Shown here: positions 58,943-64,000 of the stretch, one piece after another
Layout of the letters: each line of letters starts with the position of its first letter
How positions within the stretch are numbered: the first letter of the stretch is position 1
Assembly (NCBI GenBank): GCA_963843575.1
Contig: CAWJKZ010000014.1
Coordinates: 800,001-864,000 of the forward strand
Length of the DNA: 64,000 nt
Reading direction: 5' to 3'
DNA from: an uncultured Acidobacteriota bacterium
GTDB lineage: Bacteria > Acidobacteriota > UBA6911
Position numbers and translations under genes: made by a program
Notes under the pieces: generated by a model
Told to the model about the DNA's origin: nothing
Database searches by the model: none
Seen by the model: the letters and a program-made list of their open reading frames with translations, nothing else

Positions 58943-59857
58943 TCAAGCGTAGTCGAGCGCAATGCGAGCCGCCCCGACGAGGCCGGCCCGGGGACCAAGC
59001 GCCGACAGCTCGATCCGGACCCGCCGGGCGGCAATCGGCTGAGCCCACCGGACGAATTCCGCGCGCACACGGTCGATCAGCTCATTGCCCTCCTGGAGCA
59101 GCCCGCCTCCGAGCACAACCATCTCGGGATTGAGCGTGCTCACGAGGTTCGCCACCCCCATCCCCAGGTACAGGGCGACTTCGGTCAGGAGCTCGCACGC
59201 CACCGGGTCGCCCCGCCGCGCGGCCGCCAACACACCGGGGACCGATCCGGGCGGCGGAGTCATCTTCTGTGCCGCCTTTGTCGCGACCGAGTTTCCCGAC
59301 GCCTCCGCTTCGAAGCACCCCATCGCGGCATAGGCCTCCCGGTAGCGCGGGTCCAGCGCCAGCCACCCGACCGCCCCGGCGAGGTCGTCGTGCCCGTGAA
59401 CGAGCCGGCCACCGGTCAGGATACCGGCCCCGATCCCGGTTCCCACGGCGAGGAAGACGACGTCGGCGAGGCCGCGCGCCACCCCCAGCCAGGACTCGCC
59501 CTTCACATAGCCGCTGCGGTCGGAGTCGAGCACGATCGGGATGGGAATGCGTTCCGCCAGCCTGCTTTCCAGCGGGATGTGGTTCCACCCGGTCACGTTG
59601 GGAGCCCACACGGTTCGGGCCTTGCGGTCGACCCAGCCCGGGACGACAATCCCCACCGCTGACGTCGAAACATCCCGCGGCGCGCGGGACACGGCTTCCT
59701 CGGCCAGGGCGACGATCTGCTCGACCGAGGCCTCCGCCGAGTCGCGCGGCGTCGGAACCGTACGTTCAAACAGCATCTCTCCGTCTGCCAGGAAGAGACC
59801 GCAGGCGATCTTGGTCCCGCCGACGTCGAGCGCGATGACTCCCAGCCGTTCCGACAT
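58943..59857 (-). CDS. ROK family sugar kinase
   Basis: LDVGGTKI, GIVVPG, KGESWLG, VGTGIGAGI, GCFEAEASG, LNPEMVVLGGG. Confidence 0.9.
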   Translation of the reverse strand: MSERLGVIALDVGGTKIACGLFLADGEMLFERTVPTPRDSAEASVEQIVALAEEAVSRAPRDVSTSAVGIVVPGWVDRKARTVWAPNVTGWNHIPLESRLAERIPIPIVLDSDRSGYVKGESWLGVARGLADVVFLAVGTGIGAGILTGGRLVHGHDDLAGAVGWLALDPRYREAYAAMGCFEAEASGNSVATKAAQKMTPPPGSVPGVLAAARRGDPVACELLTEVALYLGMGVANLVSTLNPEMVVLGGGLLQEGNELIDRVRAEFVRWAQPIAARRVRIELSALGPRAGLVGAARIALDYA

Positions 59858-60040
59858 GCGCCAACCCTGGTGGTCTTGGTTTGTCCGAGGTCCCCGGAGA
59901 ACCCACCCGCCGTTCGCGGCGGATCCCGGCCCCCACGTCCTGCGAGGCCGGCTTCGCTGATGACCGCGGCATCGAAAAGACCTATAGTAGGCGAGGCAGG
60001 TCCATTCTGGCATTGTTCGGGTGCCAGATTAAGAAATTTC

Positions 60041-60886
60041 ATGCGACAGCACTGGAAACGCGCGGTGGCCTGGACGAGGAGACACTGGCCGCTGGCCGTT
60101 GCCCTGGCCTGCCTCGGGATATCGATCATGACACCGGGATGCCTGGAACGCATGTTCGTCTATTTTCCCTCGAGGACGGTCGAGACGAATCCCTCCGTCA
60201 TAGGTCTCCGGTACACCGAGCTGTCGCTGACCACCGAGGACGGCATTCGTCTGCATGGCTGGTTCGTGCCGCACGAGTCGGCGCTCTGCACGTTTGTGGC
60301 CTTCCACGGCAACGCCGGCAACATCGGTCACCGGCTGCCCTGGATCGAGTTGCTCCATCGCGTGCCCGGGCACGTCTTGCTGATCGATTACCGCGGCTAC
60401 GGCAGAAGCGAAGGGCGACCGCGCGAAGACGGGCTCTATTCGGACGCGACCGCGGCGTTCCGCTGGTGCGCCGACCACCCGCCGTCGGGACCCAAAGGGG
60501 TAGTGCTCATCGGGGAGTCGATCGGCGGCGCCGTCGCGGTGGATCTGGCCCGCCGCGTGCCGGTCGCCGGGTTGATCCTGCAATCCACGTTTACCTCCGC
60601 GTGGGAAATGGCAAAGACGATGTTGCCCGTGGGACTACTGCAGCCGCTGTCGCGCATCCGCTTCGATTCGGCGGCCAAACTCCGCCTCATTCGTTGTCCG
60701 ACGCTCGTCATACACGGCGACCGAGACGAAATCGTGCCTTTCCGGATGGGGCAGGAACTGTTCGAGATCGCGCCCGGGCCTAAACAATTCTACCGGGTGC
60801 CCGGCGCGGGTCACAACGACTTGCTCTGGGTCGCGGGCAGCGAGTACACGGCCCGGGTGCGCGATTTTATCGACCGCCTGCCATAG
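60041..60886 (+). CDS. Alpha/beta hydrolase (Bem46/ABHD13-like)
   Basis: FHGNAGNI, DYRGYGRSEG, GESIGG nucleophile, HGDRDEIVP, GAGHND. Confidence 0.9.
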   Translation: MRQHWKRAVAWTRRHWPLAVALACLGISIMTPGCLERMFVYFPSRTVETNPSVIGLRYTELSLTTEDGIRLHGWFVPHESALCTFVAFHGNAGNIGHRLPWIELLHRVPGHVLLIDYRGYGRSEGRPREDGLYSDATAAFRWCADHPPSGPKGVVLIGESIGGAVAVDLARRVPVAGLILQSTFTSAWEMAKTMLPVGLLQPLSRIRFDSAAKLRLIRCPTLVIHGDRDEIVPFRMGQELFEIAPGPKQFYRVPGAGHNDLLWVAGSEYTARVRDFIDRLP

Positions 60887-60946
60887 GACATTTAAAGTGC
60901 GGCGGCGGCGGCTCGACCCGGACCGGATTCATATCCTGGCACAAGG

Positions 60947-61033
60947 AACGCGGAAAAACACTCGCCACGGAAGGCACGGAAGAACACGGAAAACTCAGAT
61001 TTGAAATTCCGCGGTTTCCGTGCTTTCCGTGGC
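60947..61033. repeat. Palindromic element with periodic CACGGAA units between convergent genes
   Basis: gccacggaaggcacggaa (60964-60981) / ttccgtgctttccgtggc (61016-61033), 17/18 complementary; extra units at ~60947 and ~60984. Confidence 0.7.
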
Positions 61034-61114
61034 AGGTTGTTGCGGTTGTGTTTGAGTGGCGCACACAAACCAAGACTCGCCACCGGGGACGCGGAAGAAC
61101 ACTCGGTCCGGCGG

Positions 61115-62998
61115 CTACAGGAGCTTCTCCAACTCGTCCAGCAACTGACCGAAAAGGTCCATGGTGTCCTGGATCGGCTTGGGCGAAATCATGTCGACGC
61201 CGGCCTTTTTCAGGATCTCGATCGGGTAGTTGCTGCTCCCGGCCTTGAGGAAGCCGAGAAAGTCGCGGAGCCTGACCGCATCGCCGCCCAGGATGCCTTT
61301 GCCTAGCGCCACCGCGGCGCTGTAGCTGGTAGCGTACTTGTACACGTAGAACCCGCGGTAGAAGTGCGGCACCCTCAGCCAGTAGCCGCCGACCTCGTCG
61401 TCGTAGGAAAACGCCGGGCCGAAGTATTTCACGACCAGGTCGCGGTAAATCCCGCTCATGCTCTCGTAGGTCAGGGGCGCACCCTTTTCAGCCTCCGCAT
61501 GCAGCAGCTTCTCGTACTCGGCCCACATCGTCTGATTAATCACGGTGCCGCGAATGCTCTCCAGCGCCGTGTTTACCAGGAACAATCTCTCGGCGTCGTT
61601 CTGCGCGTGTTTGCGCAGGTAGTCGTTCAGAACGACCTCGTTGCTGGTCGAGGCCACCTCGGCCAGAAAGATGGGGTAGTCGCCATAGACCGGCGGCTGG
61701 TTGTGCTGCGAAAACCAGCTGTGCATCGAGTGGCCCATCTCGTGTGCCGTCGTGAACATGGCGTCGTAGGTATCGTTGTAATTCATCAGGATGTAGGGGT
61801 GAGCCAGGTAGGTTCCCGAACTGTAGGCGCCGCTTCTCTTCCCTTCGGTCTCGTACACGTCGATCCAGCGGTCCCGGAAAGCGGCGGCCATCGGGTCGAG
61901 GTATTCCTTCCCCAGCGGCGCCAGCCCCTGGGTGATCGTCCTGACCGCGTCGTCGTAACTTATCCGCGGCGCTTCCCCCTCGATCAGCGGAACGAAGGTA
62001 TCCCAGAGGTGCACCTTATCGATGCCCAGTTTCCTGCGGCGAATCTCCATGTAACGGTGCAGCAACGGGAGATTGGCGTGGACGGTCGAGATCAGGTTGT
62101 CGTAGACCCGAACCGGGATGTTGTCGGGGGCCAGCGCCGCCTCAAGGGCGCTGCCGTAGCGGCGCGCGCGCGCTTCGAACACGTCCCCCTGAATCGATCC
62201 GGCCAGCGTCGCCGACATGGTGTTCTTGTAGGCGAGGTAGGCCTCCAGGGTCTTCCGGAAGGCCCGTTCCCGCACGGCCCGGTCCGGGGAGCGCATGAAG
62301 TAGGCATAGCGCCCCTCGCTGAGCTGGACGTCGATGCCCTTCTCGTCCTTGATGGAGGGGAATTTCATGTCGGCGTTCGAGAGCATCGAGTACGCCTCGC
62401 GCGGCGCGGCGGCGATCTTGCCCGTCATGGCCATCAACTCTTCCTCGCGCGCGCTGAGGACGTGCTCTTTCTGGCGCAGCAGGTTCCGGAAATAATGGGA
62501 GTAGACGGCCAACTCCGGAGTCGTCCCGCACCACTCGAGCAGCCGGCCTTCGGGCAGGGCGAGCACCTCGGGCTGAAACCACGAGGTGGCCTCGCCGAAC
62601 CGGACCCCGAGGTTCATCACCCTGTCGTACATGGCCTGAGGCGCCGGCTGGCGTGTGTCCTGGTCCTTGAGCTGGGAGGCATAAGCGCCCACCCGCGAGA
62701 CTCTCGAGGACACGTCGTCGGAGAGTTTCAGAAACTTCACCAGCGCGCCGGGCGACGATGTGACCGTGCCCTTCATGCCGGGCAGCGCATCGACCCCTTT
62801 CTCGCACGTCTTGAAATCGGCCTCCCAGGCGGCCTCACCGGGGTACAGCGCACTCAGGTCCCACGTGTACTTCGGATCGATTTCGGAGCGGGACGGGATC
62901 CTGCCCTGTACCTGCTCCTCGCCTGCCGACCGCATAGGATGCACTCCCAGAATCGCCGCCAGAACGCCTGCGCTCACGTATCTCCAGAACACGCACAT
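61115..62998 (-). CDS. pepF: Oligoendopeptidase F (M3B) with N-terminal signal-like peptide
   Basis: KYTWDLSALY, RWIDVYETEGKRSGAYS, TTAHEMGHSMHS (HExxH), AEVASTSNE, WLRVPHFY, YVYKYATS. Confidence 0.93.
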   Translation of the reverse strand: MCVFWRYVSAGVLAAILGVHPMRSAGEEQVQGRIPSRSEIDPKYTWDLSALYPGEAAWEADFKTCEKGVDALPGMKGTVTSSPGALVKFLKLSDDVSSRVSRVGAYASQLKDQDTRQPAPQAMYDRVMNLGVRFGEATSWFQPEVLALPEGRLLEWCGTTPELAVYSHYFRNLLRQKEHVLSAREEELMAMTGKIAAAPREAYSMLSNADMKFPSIKDEKGIDVQLSEGRYAYFMRSPDRAVRERAFRKTLEAYLAYKNTMSATLAGSIQGDVFEARARRYGSALEAALAPDNIPVRVYDNLISTVHANLPLLHRYMEIRRRKLGIDKVHLWDTFVPLIEGEAPRISYDDAVRTITQGLAPLGKEYLDPMAAAFRDRWIDVYETEGKRSGAYSSGTYLAHPYILMNYNDTYDAMFTTAHEMGHSMHSWFSQHNQPPVYGDYPIFLAEVASTSNEVVLNDYLRKHAQNDAERLFLVNTALESIRGTVINQTMWAEYEKLLHAEAEKGAPLTYESMSGIYRDLVVKYFGPAFSYDDEVGGYWLRVPHFYRGFYVYKYATSYSAAVALGKGILGGDAVRLRDFLGFLKAGSSNYPIEILKKAGVDMISPKPIQDTMDLFGQLLDELEKLL

Positions 62999-63026
62999 GC
63001 CGACCTCCAGAAAGTCCGTCCGCACT

Positions 63027-64000
63027 TCATCCGCCGGTGCCCACGGGCGCCGCGCTTTGCGCCGGATCATACGCGAGATTGGGCGAGAGCCAGCGCTCGA
63101 CGACCTGCAGAGGCACCCCTTTGCGCCGCTGGTAGTCGAGGACCTGGTCCCGCCCGATCTTGCCGACGGCAAAATACCGCGCCTGCGGATGAGCGAGGTA
63201 AAAACCGCACACGGAGCTCGCCGGCCACATGGCGAAATTCTCGGTCAGCCGGATGCCGGTCTGGTCCTCGGCCCGAATCAGGTCGAACACGAGCTGTTTC
63301 TCGCTGTGATCGGGGCAGGCGGGATAGCCGGGCGCCGGCCGTATGCCGCGGTAGCGCTCGTGCAACAGGTCCTCGGCCGAGAGATTCTCGCCGGCGCCGT
63401 AGCCCCAGTCCGACCGCGCGGTCTGGTGGAGGGCCTCGGCAAACGCCTCGGCCAGGCGGTCCGCCAGGGCCTTGGTCAGAATCGAACTGTAATCGTCGTG
63501 GTCGCGCTCGAACCGTGCGCACAACTCCCGCTCGCCGATCCCCGCGGTGACCGCGAAGCAGCCGATGAAATCGGGCACGCACGTCGCTCGGGGCGCCACG
63601 AAGTCAGCCAGGGCCAGGTCCGGCTGGCCGTCCGGCTTTTCGACCTGCTGCCTCAGGGTGTGAAAAACGGTGCGCACCAGCGCGCGGGCATCGTCGGTGA
63701 AGACGTGGATGTCGTCCCCGACGCTGTTGGCCGGGAAGAATCCGTAGACGCCCCGGGCGGTCAGCAACCGTTCGCCCACAATTCGCTCCAGCAGGGCACG
63801 AGCGTCCTGGAACAGCTCCCGGGCGCGTGGTCCAGTCGCGGGGTCGTCCAGGAGCTGCGGGTATCTCCCGCGGAGCTCCCACGCGTGAAAGAAGGGCGAC
63901 CAGTCGATGTAGGGGACGAGCCGCTCAAGGGGAAAATCGTCGAGGGCGCGGGTCCCCGTAAAGGCCGGGACCGCGATGTCCTCGGGCCGCCACTCCAGGC
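63027..64000 (-). CDS. metH: Cobalamin-dependent methionine synthase, C-terminal activation domain (5' part outside window)
   Basis: Frame is open to the window edge: YIDWSPFFHAWEL, LRQQ, ALADF, ALADRLAEAFAE, GIRPAPGYPACPDH, PASSVCG, WLSPNL. Confidence 0.96.
   Translation of the reverse strand, partial: LEWRPEDIAVPAFTGTRALDDFPLERLVPYIDWSPFFHAWELRGRYPQLLDDPATGPRARELFQDARALLERIVGERLLTARGVYGFFPANSVGDDIHVFTDDARALVRTVFHTLRQQVEKPDGQPDLALADFVAPRATCVPDFIGCFAVTAGIGERELCARFERDHDDYSSILTKALADRLAEAFAEALHQTARSDWGYGAGENLSAEDLLHERYRGIRPAPGYPACPDHSEKQLVFDLIRAEDQTGIRLTENFAMWPASSVCGFYLAHPQARYFAVGKIGRDQVLDYQRRKGVPLQVVERWLSPNLAYDPAQSAAPVGTGG

Overview
GC-rich bacterial chromosomal segment of about 60 genes, mostly housekeeping. 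The conserved hypotheticals, archaeal-type ArgS and gene order suggest an Acidobacteriota-like organism (inference). Contents in order: PBP1A, polyprenyl synthase, tatD, stand-alone tRNA-binding domain, larC, argS, an ECF sigma factor with a large anti-sigma factor, a large TPR protein, ffh-rpsP-khpA-rimM-trmD-rplS, selB, tatA, a PD-(D/E)XK nuclease-like protein, divergent pyrRBC/pyrKDF operons, class I fumarase, sugar isomerases, an amidase-nadE-pncB-yciI operon, udgB, FNR, pdxB-hpnI-hpnK-EamA-DegT-SDR converging on ROK-SIS-MFS-ArnT, pepF and the 3' end of metH. Many genes in the first ~18 kb, including essential ones, are split by small indels, most likely sequencing or assembly errors. No rRNA, tRNA, CRISPR array or transposase was recognised. 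The best candidates for novel biology are (1) a hopanoid-type HpnI/HpnK pair embedded in a complete Arn/Nax-like amino-sugar lipid modification toolkit, (2) an amidase-signature enzyme at the position normally held by nicotinamidase in a NAD-salvage operon, (3) a family of ~9-nt-periodic palindromic intergenic elements plus a 240-bp MITE-like element, and (4) a bidirectional pyr promoter sharing one palindromic -35 hexamer.
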